The translations under genes were made by a program, and so were the position numbers. A stretch of DNA of 64,000 bases from contig JBNRSN020000029.1 of NCBI GenBank assembly GCA_051313645.2, positions 22,506,001 through 22,570,000 of the forward strand, read 5' to 3'. The stretch's first letter is position 1; each line of letters begins with the position of its first letter. Of this stretch, positions 12,937 to 22,927 are shown piece by piece. The notes beneath the pieces were generated by a model that saw nothing but the letters and a program-made list of their open reading frames with translations, did no database searches and was not told where the DNA came from. This stretch comes from Centroscyllium fabricii. Taxonomy: Eukaryota.

Positions 12937-13326
12937 GGCGGCACGGTGGCAGAGTGGTTAGCACTGCTGTCTCACAGCACTGGAGACCCGGGGTCAAATC
13001 GAGCCTCGGGTACTATCTGTGTGGAGTTTGCACATTCTCCCCGTGTCTGCGTGGGTTTCCTCCGGTGCTACGGTTTCCTCCCACAGTCCAAAGATGTGCA
13101 GGTTAGGTTGATTGGCCAGGATAAATTGACCCTTAGTGTTAGGGGGATTGAATATGTGGGGTTACGGGGATAGGGTGGGATGTGTGTCGGTGCAGGCTCG
13201 ATAGGGATATGGGGAGAGGGCAGGGGCGGTGTGTTGGGTTTGGATGATCAGCCATGATCTCATTGAATGGCGGAGCAGGGCCGAATGGCCTAATGGCCTA
13301 CTCCTGCTCCTAGTTTCTATGTTTCT
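12937..13326 (+). mobile_element. V-SINE (HE1-like) with CR1-derived tail, unit A only
   Basis: tRNA-like head, V-domain GGAGTTTGCACATTCTCCCCGTGTCTGCGTGGGTTTCCTCC and TTTCTATG tail. TSD ATGTAAG at 12930-12936 and 13327-13333; empty site at ~50238. Confidence 0.92.
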
Positions 13327-13511
13327 ATGTAAGCAAAACGGCTTCCGTCATTTTTCAGGAGAGGGACTGTCAGAAATGGTCGGTTTGAAGCCAGATTCAG
13401 AATTATCCCATATTTTTAAACGACCGGGGCAGGATCAATGAACAGGTCCTCTGCGAACTGGGTGCACAACAGCCCAGGGCAACCTAAGGCAATTTCGGTC
13501 AGGCTCTCGGT

Positions 13512-13603
13512 GGCTCGTCGGTCTCGGGGTATGATTCTCACTTAGGAAATTGCGTAATTTCAATACATGGGAGAGGTCCCAGGTTCAAATCGCGGGCGAG
13601 CCC
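13512..13603 (+). pseudogene. tRNA-Pro(AGG) with 20-nt intron, decayed
   Basis: GGCTCGTCGGTCTCGGGGTATGATTCTCACTTAGGA[AATTGCGTAATTTCAATACA]TGGGAGAGGTCCCAGGTTCAAATCGCGGGCGAGCCC. Confidence 0.85.
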
Positions 13604-13993
13604 CTCACCAACTCGGCCATCACATCCGCAATCGCTTTTCTTTAAAAAATACTGACACACTGATTGATCCGGGACTGTGCACACCCCCGGTTTAAACAGA
13701 CAGAGTGAACCTTGACTGACCCCGCCCATTATAAACAGGCCTGATTATCATTGCTTTTGAATTCGATGGAAATCGAAATCGGCGGTTTCTATAACGGTCG
13801 GCAGATTTCGATGCGCGATTTAATCCAGTGGGCCAATTTGAAGATTTGCTCCACTGTCATTTTCACCTTATCTCCGTCATTTCATTCCAGCCTAATGAAT
13901 TGAGTTTAGGTGTCAGGTGAGGGACTGAAATACATGGTCGGTTTGAAGTCAGATTCAGAATAGGCAAGATAAAGATCAGGTGACTTATTTAAT

Positions 13994-14050
13994 CGACCGC
14001 GGCAGGACTCGAAACTGCAAATTTCTGATAACTGAACGAGTCACGCCGAA
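13994..14050 (-). pseudogene. tRNA-Arg(TCG) 3' half plus intron; 5' half deleted
   Basis: CGACCGCGGCAGGACTCGAAACTGCAAATTTCTGATAACTGAACGAGTCACGCCGAA followed directly by upstream flank sequence. Confidence 0.8.
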
Positions 14051-14224
14051 TGACGCCGATGTTCTTCTTATGCGGAGAATTGCGAGCAGATTCAGAGAAA
14101 CTGCTCATGTGAGAAATGAATTTCAGAAAAGACAAACATACTTCAAATCAATGAACAGGTCCTCTGCGAACTGGGTTCGCAACAGCGCAGGACAACCTAA
14201 TGCATTTTCGGGACTGCTGTCGGC

Positions 14225-14313
14225 GGGTCGTTGGTCTAGTGGAATGAATCTCGATTTGGGCGCTACGATGCGTAAAATGCCACAGGTCCCGGGTTCAAAT
14301 CGCGGACGAACCC
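14225..14313 (+). pseudogene. tRNA-Pro(TGG) with 17-nt intron, decayed
   Basis: ..CTCGATTTGGG[CGCTACGATGCGTAAAA]TGCCACAGGTCCCGGGTTCAAATCGCGGACGAACCC; several stem mismatches. Confidence 0.85.
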
Positions 14314-14483
14314 TGCCATATTTAGTTAAACCTCACCAACTCGGCCACAACATGTGGGATCGATTTTCATTAAAAAAAATACTGACACATTGAATGATCC
14401 GGGACTGTGAGGATACCTGTGTGATTTTGAGGAAATTGCGATTACAAATCATGTTTTACCTAGCATTAAGTTCAAATTAATAA

Positions 14484-14554
14484 AGACGAGAATGAGAATC
14501 GAACCATGCGTCTAGGGAAGAATGGATCAGCATTTCATGGTCTTCCACCTCGTC
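14484..14554 (-). pseudogene. tRNA-Ser(GCT) relic with D-arm deletion (paralog 51231-51301)
   Basis: GACGAG ends retained; same module position as the other Ser copies. Confidence 0.75.
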
Positions 14555-14800
14555 TGGCAGCTGCACCGCAGTCAATCATTCCATATCCTGTAATTTGCAT
14601 CTAAGCAGAAACAACTCTGAACTAATGTCCCATTCACCACTTGTCCTGACTTGAACTCAGGTCTACAATGTTTAAAATGTATAATTAGCTTCATGTAAGC
14701 AAAAGGCCTTCCGTTAATTTCAGGTGATTGACTGTCAGAAATTGTCGGTTTGAAGCCAGATTCGGAACAGGGAAGAAAAAGATTATCCCTTAGATTTAAA

Positions 14801-14881
14801 GAACCGAGGCAGGACTCGAACCTGCAATCTTCTGATAACAGAAAGATTTACACCGAAGTCAGACGCCTAGGCCACGCGGCC
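14801..14881 (-). pseudogene. tRNA-Arg(TCG) with 16-nt intron and 8-nt D-loop deletion
   Basis: Minus: GGCCGCGTGGCCTAGGCGTCTGACTTCGG[TGTAAATCTTTCTGTT]ATCAGAAGATTGCAGGTTCGAGTCCTGCC. Confidence 0.85.
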
Positions 14882-15061
14882 GCTGCGACCCGCAACGTTG
14901 TCCTTATGCGGAGAATTGCGAGCAGATTCAGGGAAACTGCTCATATAAACAAGTGAATTTCAGGAAATGTAATCATATTTAAAATCAATGTACAGGATCT
15001 CTGCGAACTGGGTTCACAACAGCGCAGGGCAACCTAATGCAATGTTGGTCAGGCTCTCGGC

Positions 15062-15150
15062 GGCTCGTTGGTCCAGGGGAATGATTCTCGCTTTAGGCGC
15101 TGCGCCACGTAAAATGCGAGAGGTCCCGGGTCCAATTGGCGGACGAGCCC
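15062..15150 (+). pseudogene. tRNA-Pro body with TAG anticodon and 17-nt intron; B box damaged
   Basis: GGCTCGTTGGTCCAGGGGAATGATTCTCGCTTTAGG[CGCTGCGCCACGTAAAA]TGCGAGAGGTCCCGGGTCCAATTGGCGGACGAGCCC. Confidence 0.85.
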
Positions 15151-15481
15151 CGCCATATTTAGTTAAACCTCACCAACTCGGCCATCACGTGTGTGACCGT
15201 TTTTAATATATATATACTGACACATTGAATGATCCGGGATTGTGAGCATACCCGGTTTAAACAGACACATAGTGAACCTTGACGGACCACGACCCCGCCA
15301 TTATAGACAGGCCTGATTATCATTGATTATGAAATCGATGGAAATATAAATCGGCGGTTTCTCTAACGGGCGGCAGATTACGAGGCGCGATTTAATTTAG
15401 TGGGACAATTTGAAGTTTTGCTCCACAATCATTTTCACTTTATCTCCGTCATTTCATTCCAGCCAACTGAACTGAGTTTAG

Positions 15482-15770
15482 GTGTCAGACGTGGCTCAGC
15501 GGGAGCAACCGCAAGTCACACTCCAGAGACCTGAGCACATAATCCTGGCTGACACTCCATTGCAGTGCTGAGGGAGAACTGAAATGTCAGCGGTGCCGTC
15601 TTTCTGGTATGACGGTCAACCGAGGATTCAGATCCCATGAGAATATGCCGAAAAGATTGAGGATTTCCCTCATTATTTATCTCCCAACCAATGAAACTAA
15701 AAGGGAAAATCTCGTGATTAAGGTCGATACATATTTTAGAAGTTACATTTCCTACGAAACGCAAATGTTA
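15482..15770 (+). mobile_element. Internally deleted DeuSINE in the 1.5-kb module (copies start at ~16986, 18364, 20874, 52127, 54819)
   Basis: GTGGCTCAG head, CACTCCAGAGACCTGAGCACATAATCCTGGCTGACACTCC, GGTGCCGTCTTTC..AACCGAGG. Confidence 0.8.
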
Positions 15771-15964
15771 TGGTTCTGCTCCGTAATCATTTGGCTTTGA
15801 CCCCGCCAGTCTTTCGTTGCGTGCCTGCGATTCCCGATTGCTGCTCCACCTTCATTCGGGATCGCCAGTGGTCTGCTATTATTTTAACAGGATGTGAAGT
15901 GAGCAGGGGTGGTTTTGACGTACTTGCGATTACAAATCCTGTTTTACGCAGCATTGAGTGCAAA

Positions 15965-16047
15965 GGAGGAGATTGAGAATCGAGCCATGCGTGCAAAGAA
16001 GAATGGATTAGCATTTAATGGTCTATAAACCTCTCGGCGACCTCCTC
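15965..16047 (-). pseudogene. tRNA-Ser(GCT) relic
   Basis: AATGGATTAGCA core and AACCTCTCGGCGACCTC; module position. Confidence 0.7.
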
Positions 16048-16294
16048 TGGAAGCGACACGGCAGTCAATCATTCCATGTCCTGTAATTTGCATCTAAGCA
16101 GAAACAACTCTGAACTAATGTCCCCTTCACTACTTGTCCTGCCCGTGCACTCAGGTCTACAATGTTTAAAATATACAATCAGCTCCATGTAAGCGAAAGC
16201 CCTTCCGTTAATTTCAGGTGAGGGACTGTCAGAAATGGGCGGTTTGAAGCCAGATTCAGAATAGGGAAGAAAAAGATTATCCCTTAGATTTAAA

Positions 16295-16383
16295 CGACCG
16301 CGGCCGGACTCGAGCCTGCAATCTTCTGAGAACTGAGCGATTCACACCGAAGTCAGACGCCTTATCCATTAGACCACGCGGCC
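16295..16383 (-). pseudogene. tRNA-Arg(TCG) with 16-nt intron, full length, T-arm substitutions
   Basis: Minus: GGCCGCGTGGTCTAATGGATAAGGCGTCTGACTTCGG[TGTGAATCGCTCAGTT]CTCAGAAGATTGCAGGCTCGAGTCCGGCCGCGGTCG; T54>C; T5 terminator ~20 nt downstream. Confidence 0.88.
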
Positions 16384-16563
16384 GCTACTGACTTCGCTGT
16401 TCTTCTTATGCGGATAATTGCTAACAGATTCAGGGAAACTGGTTATATATAGAACTGAATTTCATGAAATATAAACATATTTAAAATCAATGAACATGTC
16501 CTCTGCGAACTGGATTCACAACAGCGCAGGGCAGCCTGATGCAATTTCGATGAGGCTCTCGGC

Positions 16564-16652
16564 AGTTCGTTGGTCTCGGGGAATGATTCTCGCGTTGGGC
16601 GCAACGCTGCGTAAAATGCGAGAGGTCTCGGGTTCAAATCGCGGACGAGCCC
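16564..16652 (+). pseudogene. tRNA-Pro(TGG) with 17-nt intron, decayed
   Basis: AGTTCGTTGGTCTCGGGGAATGATTCTCGCGTTGGG[CGCAACGCTGCGTAAAA]TGCGAGAGGTCTCGGGTTCAAATCGCGGACGAGCCC. Confidence 0.85.
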
Positions 16653-17477
16653 AGCCATATTTAGTTAAACCTCACAAACTCGGCCGTCACGTTTGGGATC
16701 GTTTTTCTTCAAAAAATATCCAGACACATTGAATGATCCGGGACTGTGAGCATATCCAGTTTAAACAGACACATATTGATCGTTGACTGGCCACGACCCC
16801 GCCATTACAGACAGGCCTGGTTATCATTGCTTATGAAATCGATGGAAATATAAATCGGCGATTTCGATAACGGGCGGCAGATTACTTTGCGCGATTTAAT
16901 TTAGTGGGCCAATTTGAAATTTTGCTCCACCATCATTTTCACTTTATCTCCTTCATTTCATTCCAGCCGACTGAACTGAGTTTACGTGTCAGCCGTAGCT
17001 CAGCGGGAGCAACCGCATGTCACACTCCAGAAACCTGAGCACATAATCCTGGCTGACACTCCATTGCAGTGCTGAGGGAGAACTGAAATGTCCGCGGTGC
17101 CGTCTTTCTGGTATGACGGTCAAAAGAGGCCTTAGATCCCATGAGAATCTGCCGAAAAGATTGAGGATTTCTCCCCCATTTTTTATCTCCCAACCAATGA
17201 AACTAAAACAGAAAATCTCGTCATTAAGGTCGATAAATATTTTAGAAATTACATTTCCTCCGAAACGGAAAAGTTATGTTTCTGCACCCTAATTATTAGG
17301 CGTTGACCCCGCCAGTCTTTCGATGCGTGCCTGCGATTCGCGATTGCTGCTCCATCTTCATTCGGGATCGCCAGTGGTCTGCTATTATTTTAACAGGATG
17401 TGAATGGAGCAGGGGTGGTTTTAAAGAACTTCCGATTACAAATCCTGTTTTACGGAGCATTGAGTGCAAAGTAATAA

Positions 17478-17559
17478 GGACGAGAATGAGATTCGAACCA
17501 TGAGTGCAGATAAAAATGGATTATTATTCCATCGCCTTAAACCTCTCGGCCACATCGTC
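17478..17559 (-). pseudogene. tRNA-Ser(GCT)-derived relic, anticodon loop mutated
   Basis: GACGAGAATGAGATTCGAACC..CCATCGCCTTAAACCTCTCGGCCACATCGTC. Confidence 0.78.
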
Positions 17560-17797
17560 TGGAAGCGACACGGTAGTCAATAATTCCATGTCCTGTAATT
17601 TGCATCTAAGCAAAAACAATGCTGAACTAGTGTTCCCTTCACCACTTGTCCTGCCCGTGCACTCAGGTCTACAATGTGCAATCAACTTCATGTAAGCGAA
17701 AGGCCTTCCGTTAATTTCAGGTGAGGTGCTGTCAGAAATTGTCGGTTTGAAGCCAGACTCAGAATAGGGAAGAACAAGATTACCCCATATATTTAAA

Positions 17798-17886
17798 CGA
17801 CCGCGGCAAGACTCGAACTTGCAATTTTCTGATAACTGAGCGATTTACACCGAAGTCAGACGCCTTATCCATTAGACCACGCGGCC
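17798..17886 (-). tRNA. tRNA-Arg(TCG) with 16-nt intron, structurally intact
   Basis: Minus: GGCCGCGTGGTCTAATGGATAAGGCGTCTGACTTCGG[TGTAAATCGCTCAGTT]ATCAGAAAATTGCAAGTTCGAGTCTTGCCGCGGTCG; all four stems pair. Confidence 0.9.
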
Positions 17887-18052
17887 GCTGCTAATGCCGA
17901 CGTTCGGCTTATGCGGGGAATTGCGAGCACATTCAGGGAAACTGCTCAAATTAACAAGTGAATAAAGGATATATAAACATATTTAAAATCAATGAACAGG
18001 TGGGTTCAGAAAGCGCAGGGCAACCTAATGCAATTTCGGCCAAGCTTTCGGC

Positions 18053-18121
18053 GGCTCGTTGGTCTGGGGTAATGATTCTCCCTTCGGGCGCTACGCTACG
18101 TAAAATGCGAGATGTCCCGGG
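18053..18121 (+). pseudogene. tRNA-Pro(CGG) with 17-nt intron, 3' end deleted
   Basis: ..CTCCCTTCGGG[CGCTACGCTACGTAAAA]TGCGAGATGTCCCGGG fused directly to downstream flank ACTGTGAGC. Confidence 0.85.
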
Positions 18122-18654
18122 ACTGTGAGCATACCCGGTTTAACCAGACACATAATGATCCTTGACGGACCACGACCCCGCCATTATAGACAGCCCTGAT
18201 TATCATTGCTTATGAACTCGATGGAAATATAAATCGGCGGTTTCGATAACGGGCGGCAGATTACAATGCGCCATTTATTCCAGTGGGCCAATTTGAAGTT
18301 TTGCTCCACTATAATTTTCACTTATCTCCGTCATTTCATTGCAGCCGACTGAACTGAGTTTCGGTGTCAGACGTTGCTCAGCGGGAGCAACCGCAAGTCA
18401 CACGCCAGAGACCTGAGCACATAATCCTGGCTGACAATCCATTGCAGTACTGATGGAGAACTGAAATGTCAGCGGTGCCGCCTTTCTGGTACAAGGTTCA
18501 ACCGAGGCCTCAGATCCCAGGAAAATATGCCGAAATATTGAGGATTTCTCCCCATTATTTATCTCGCAACCAATGAAACTAAAACAGGAAATCTCCTGAT
18601 TAAGGTCGATAAATATTTTTGAAATTACATTTCCTCTGAAACGGAAATGTTATA

Positions 18655-19690
18655 GAATCAAAGCAACATGGAAGATAGGAGCAGGACTTGGCCATTCGGC
18701 CCTTCGAGCCTGCTCGACATTCAATTAGATCACAACTCATCTTCAGATTCCTTGCCCTGTCCCTGCCTTCTCCACATATACCTTGATCCCTTCAGCCTGA
18801 AGAAATATATCCAACGCTAACTTGAATATATTCAATGAACAGGCCTCCACCGCCCTCTGTGGCAGAGAGTTCCACAGGTTCACCACTCTCTGGCTGAAGA
18901 GATTCCCCCTCATCTCAGTCCTAAATGACTTTCCCCTTATCCTTAGACTGTGGCCCCTGGTTCTGGACTCCCCTTTCATCGGAAACATCCTTCCTGCCTC
19001 CAGAGTGTCCCGGCCTGAAAGAATTGTATAGGTTTCGGCGAGATCCCCACTCAATGGACTGACCTACAGTGATTATAAGCCCAATCTAATCAATCTCTCC
19101 CCATCCGTCATTCCTGCCATCCCAGGTATCAGCCTGGTTAATTTCCTGTACTAGCTCCGTGGCAAGAACGTCCTTCCTCAGATGAGGTTTCAAAAACTTC
19201 ACTCAATACTCGAGGTGTGGTCTCACCAAGGTCCTGCAGAGCTGCAGCTGGACATCATTGTTCCTATATTCGAAACCTATTGCTACGAAGGCCAACATAC
19301 TATTTGGCTTCTTAACCGCCAGTTGCACCTGCAGTGACAGGTGCACAATCACAACCAGGTCTCTTTGCACTTCCCCATCTCCCAATCTATTGCCATTCAA
19401 ATAATAATTTGCCCTCCTGTCTTTGCCACAAAGTGGATACCCTCACATTTATTCACATGTTGCTATTTGCCATGTATCTGCCCAGTCCCCCAACCTGTCC
19501 AAATCGCATTGGAGTTTCTCCTGCCACCCAGGTTTGTGTAGTCTGCAAATTTGGAGATATTTCATCCAATTCCCGCGTCCAGATGTCTTGTGAAAAGCTG
19601 GGGTCCAAGGAACGATCCTTCCGTCACCGCCTACCATTCGGAATACCACCCTCTGTTTTCTAACTGCCAATCAGTTCTCTGTACAAGTTT
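18655..19690 (-). mobile_element. CR1 LINE 3' fragment (paralog ~52418-53480)
   Basis: Frames GDLAETYTIL..RTRGHSLRIRG..FSQRVVNLWNSLP and LVRPHLEY. Confidence 0.88.
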
Positions 19691-19936
19691 ATAGCTTGCT
19701 CCCTTTCGTTTCGGCTTCCTAATCATTTGGCCTTGTCCCCGCTAGTCTTTCGTTGAGTGCCTGCGATTCGCGATTGCTGCTCCACCTTCAATTAATCGAA
19801 TTGAAGATCGCCAGGGGTCAGCTAATATTTGAACAAGACATGAAGCGTGCAGGAACACAGCGCTGAATCACAAGTGTGATTTTGACGAAATTGCGATTAC
19901 AAATACTTTTACGCAGCATTCAGTGCAATGTAATAA

Positions 19937-20010
19937 CGACGAGAATGGGAGTCGAACCCAGAGCACAACCGATTAGCAGTCCATCGCCTTAACCTCTCAG
20001 CCACCTCGAC
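19937..20010 (-). pseudogene. tRNA-Ser(GCT) with 8-nt variable-arm deletion (paralog 53749-53822)
   Basis: CGACGAGAATGGGAGTCGAACCCAGAGCACAACCGATTAGCAGTCCATCGCCTTAACCTCTCAGCCACCTCGAC. Confidence 0.82.
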
Positions 20011-20221
20011 TGCCGTGTATACTGCATTCAATCATTCCATTTCCTGTTATTTGCATCTGAGCAGAAACAACTCGGAACGAATGTCCCCTTCACCGCTTGT
20101 GATGCCCGCTTGTCATGTAAGCAAAAGGCGTTCCGCTGTTTTCAGTTGAGGGAGTATCAGAAATGATCGTTTGAAGCCATATTCAGAATAGGGAAGAAAA
20201 AGATTAGCCCATTTATTAAAA

Positions 20222-20290
20222 CGACCGATGCAGGGCTCGAACCTGCAATCTGTACGAATCACGCCCAATTCGGACGCCTTACCCATGGCC
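20222..20290 (-). pseudogene. tRNA-Arg(TCG) relic with deletions (paralog 54034-54102)
   Basis: CGACCGATGCAGGGCTCGAACCTGCAATC..GACGCCTTACCCATGGCC in module position. Confidence 0.72.
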
Positions 20291-20452
20291 GCTGCTAACT
20301 CCGACGTTCTTCTTACTGGACCAATTGCGAGCAGATTCAGCGAAACTGCTCTGATAAGAAGTGAATTTGAGAAATATAAATATATTTCAAAGGAATCATA
20401 CGGGTCCTCAACGCGCAGGGCAACGTAATGCAATTTCGGGCAAAATCTCGGC

Positions 20453-20541
20453 GCTTCGTTCGTGTAGGGGAATGATTTTCGCTCAGGGAATATTGCTAGG
20501 TAAAATACGACAAACCCCGGATTCCAATCGCGGACGAGCTC
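20453..20541 (+). pseudogene. tRNA-Pro(AGG) with 17-nt intron, heavily decayed (paralog 54266-54354)
   Basis: ..TTCGCTCAGGG[AATATTGCTAGGTAAAA]TACGAC..; 89 nt like the other copies. Confidence 0.78.
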
Positions 20542-21334
20542 CGGCATATTTAGTTAAACCTCTCTAACTCGGCATATCACACCTGGAATCGTTTTTCTTC
20601 AAAAAAATACTGACACACTGAATGATCCGGGACTGTGAGCACACCCGGTTTAAACAGACACACAGTGAACCTTGACTGACCACGACCCCGCCATTATACA
20701 CAGGCCTGATTATCATTGCTTATGAAATTGATGGAAAAATAAATCGGCGGTTTCTATAACGGGCGGCAGATTGCGAAGCGCGATTTAATCTAATGTGCCA
20801 ATTTGAAGTTTTTAAACACTATCATTTTCACATATTTCCGTCATTTCACTCCAGCCGAACGAACTGAGTTTCGGTGTCATACGTGGCTCAGCGGGAGTAA
20901 CCGCAAGTCACATTCCAGAGACCTGAGCGCATAATCCTGGCTGACACTCCATTGCAGTGCTGATGGAGAACGGAAATGTCAGCGGTGCCGTCTTTCTGGT
21001 GTGGGGGTCAACCATGTCACTTTCGGATGCTCAATCCTCTGCCTCGCTGTGGCTTATTGAGTCCTGTAGGAATCAAACAGTAAAGTTCCTGAGCAAGTGA
21101 CTTCAGATAAAGACATTTAGCAAACAATCGGATAATCAACGGACTGCGGAACATTCAATGGATCTTCAAACTCACAGGTGGACCTGCAAAACTTATTACA
21201 ATCAGTGATCGTTATGGGCTTCTCTGGACAACAGGAGGTGAACAACACAATTTTATGAAGACATGGACGGCGGATGAACCCCATACAGAAGACACAAACC
21301 CAGCCTCATATCCATAGGATTGATGTTACTTTTT

Positions 21335-22720
21335 CGAAAGCGAAATAATGCGGATGCTAGAAATCTGAAATACAAAATGAAATTGCTGGACACACTCAGC
21401 AGGTCAAGCAGCATTAGTGGAGAGAGAGACAGAGGTAACGTTGTTGGTCGATAAAATTTCATCAGGACTGGGAAAAGTTAAAGATGTGAGCAGGGAAAGG
21501 GGGCGGGAAGGAAATAACAAAATAGAAGGCCTGTGACAGGGTGGAAGGCAGGAGTGATCACATGACAAAAGGGAAAGGGAATGAGAATGAGCCATGTAAG
21601 CAACAAATATGCGCCGACAAGAAATGTAAAAGGGAATTGGAGAATCATTACCAATAGTGACTGTCCGAAAAAAATGGGAGCAGTGCTTAGAATCTGAAAA
21701 TACTGAACTCAGTGTTGAGTGTGGAAGGCTAACAAGAGCCTATTCGAAAGATGAGATGCTGTTGCTCGAGCTCCGATTGAGTGTGGGAGGCCGAGAACAG
21801 AGAGGTCAGAGTGAGAGTGGGGAGCAGAATTCAGATGACCAGCGACCGGAAGCTTGGGGACTGAAGTGATGTGTTCGGCAAAGCGATCACCCAATCTGTG
21901 TGTGGTCTCCCCAACCTAGAGGAGTCGGCAGCGATTAGAGTTTATTAAATTGCAAGAAGTACAAGTAATTCGAGGTTTCACCTGGAAGATGTGTTTGGGA
22001 TCCTGGACGTTGGGAAGGGAGGAGGTAAAATGGCCGGCGTTGCATCTCCTGCGCTTGGACAGGCAGGTGTAGTGGGAAGAGGAAGGGATGGTCGGGTGAT
22101 AGATGAGTGGGGCAGAGTGTCGCAGAGGGAGCGGTCTCCTCCGAATGCTGAAAGGGGACGGGAGGGGAAGATGTGTTTGGTGGCGGGATCACGCTTGAGG
22201 TGGTGGAAAAGGCAGAGGATAATCCGTTGAATGTCGAAGCTGGTGGGGTGAAAGGTGAGGACAAGGGGAACCCTGTCTTGCTTCTGGGAGGGTGGGGAAA
22301 GGGTGAGAACCGAAGTGAGCGAAATAGAACGGGCAGGGTCGAGGGTCCTGTCCGCCATGTTGGAGGAAATTACTCGGTTGAGGGAAAAATAAAACATATC
22401 GGAAGTTGGCATCATCAGAAGGGATGTGATGGAGATGGAGAAACTGAGAAGATGGAATAAAGTAGTTACAGGAATCAAGGTGGGAGGAAGTGTCGTCACG
22501 TTAGCTGTGGGAGCAGCTGGGCTTATTTGGTTCATGTGAGTGGATTCAAAGGAGAAATAGTTCAATGTATGTTAGAAACAAGTTCAGCCAGGCGGAGGAG
22601 GGTGGTCGTGAATATGGACTGTGTTGGCCTCCGTTCCCTCTACACCTCAGCCGCCATGCTGGAGGTGTAGAGGGAATGGAAGCCCATAGTGAAAAGCAGA
22701 CGGTGAGGAACAGGAAACTG
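21335..22720 (-). mobile_element. Decayed Penelope-like element, GIY-YIG region (paralog ~55300-56600)
   Basis: Frames DRVPLVLTFHPTS, ITCTSCNLIN..C..YVG and GDRFAEH; terminal CTGATGAA..GAAACG motif (clearer at ~55398-55428). Confidence 0.85.
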
Positions 22721-22844
22721 GAAAGTAACTGATGTTAAATCCTACCACAGCAGCACTCAAATCAATGATATTATCAATAGATTGATATTGTGGTGTGAAA
22801 GGAATTTGTTGAATTGTGTGCAACTGCGCGTCGCTACTGACATC

Positions 22845-22927
22845 ACCAACATGGCCGAGTGGTTGAAGGATTTGAGTTAAAGTTCGAGTCTACGTCAATT
22901 CGTGCAGGGTCGAGCACTACTCTGGTG
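22845..22927 (+). pseudogene. Old class-II (Leu-like) tRNA relic (paralog 56713-56795)
   Basis: ACCAACATGGCCGAGTGGTT A box, degenerate B box GGGTCGAGC and TCTGGT end at tRNA-Leu spacing. Confidence 0.5.

Noticed and set aside
14592-14600. Octamer ATTTGCAT ~40 bp upstream of several Ser copies
   Set aside because: Recurrence is explained by module duplication; it is absent in the 12733 and 39129 copies and no PSE or TATA is evident.
15290-15375. Inverted repeat CCGCCATTATA..TAACGGGCGG downstream of Pro copies as a promoter
   Set aside because: More plausibly a MITE remnant carried by the module; no downstream transcript is evident.
13980-16732. Recurring ORFs (SSANWVRNSAGQPNA..YLVKPHQLG) resembling a tandem gene family
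   Set aside because: They read through tRNA-Pro genes and spacers; starts, stops and frames differ between copies.
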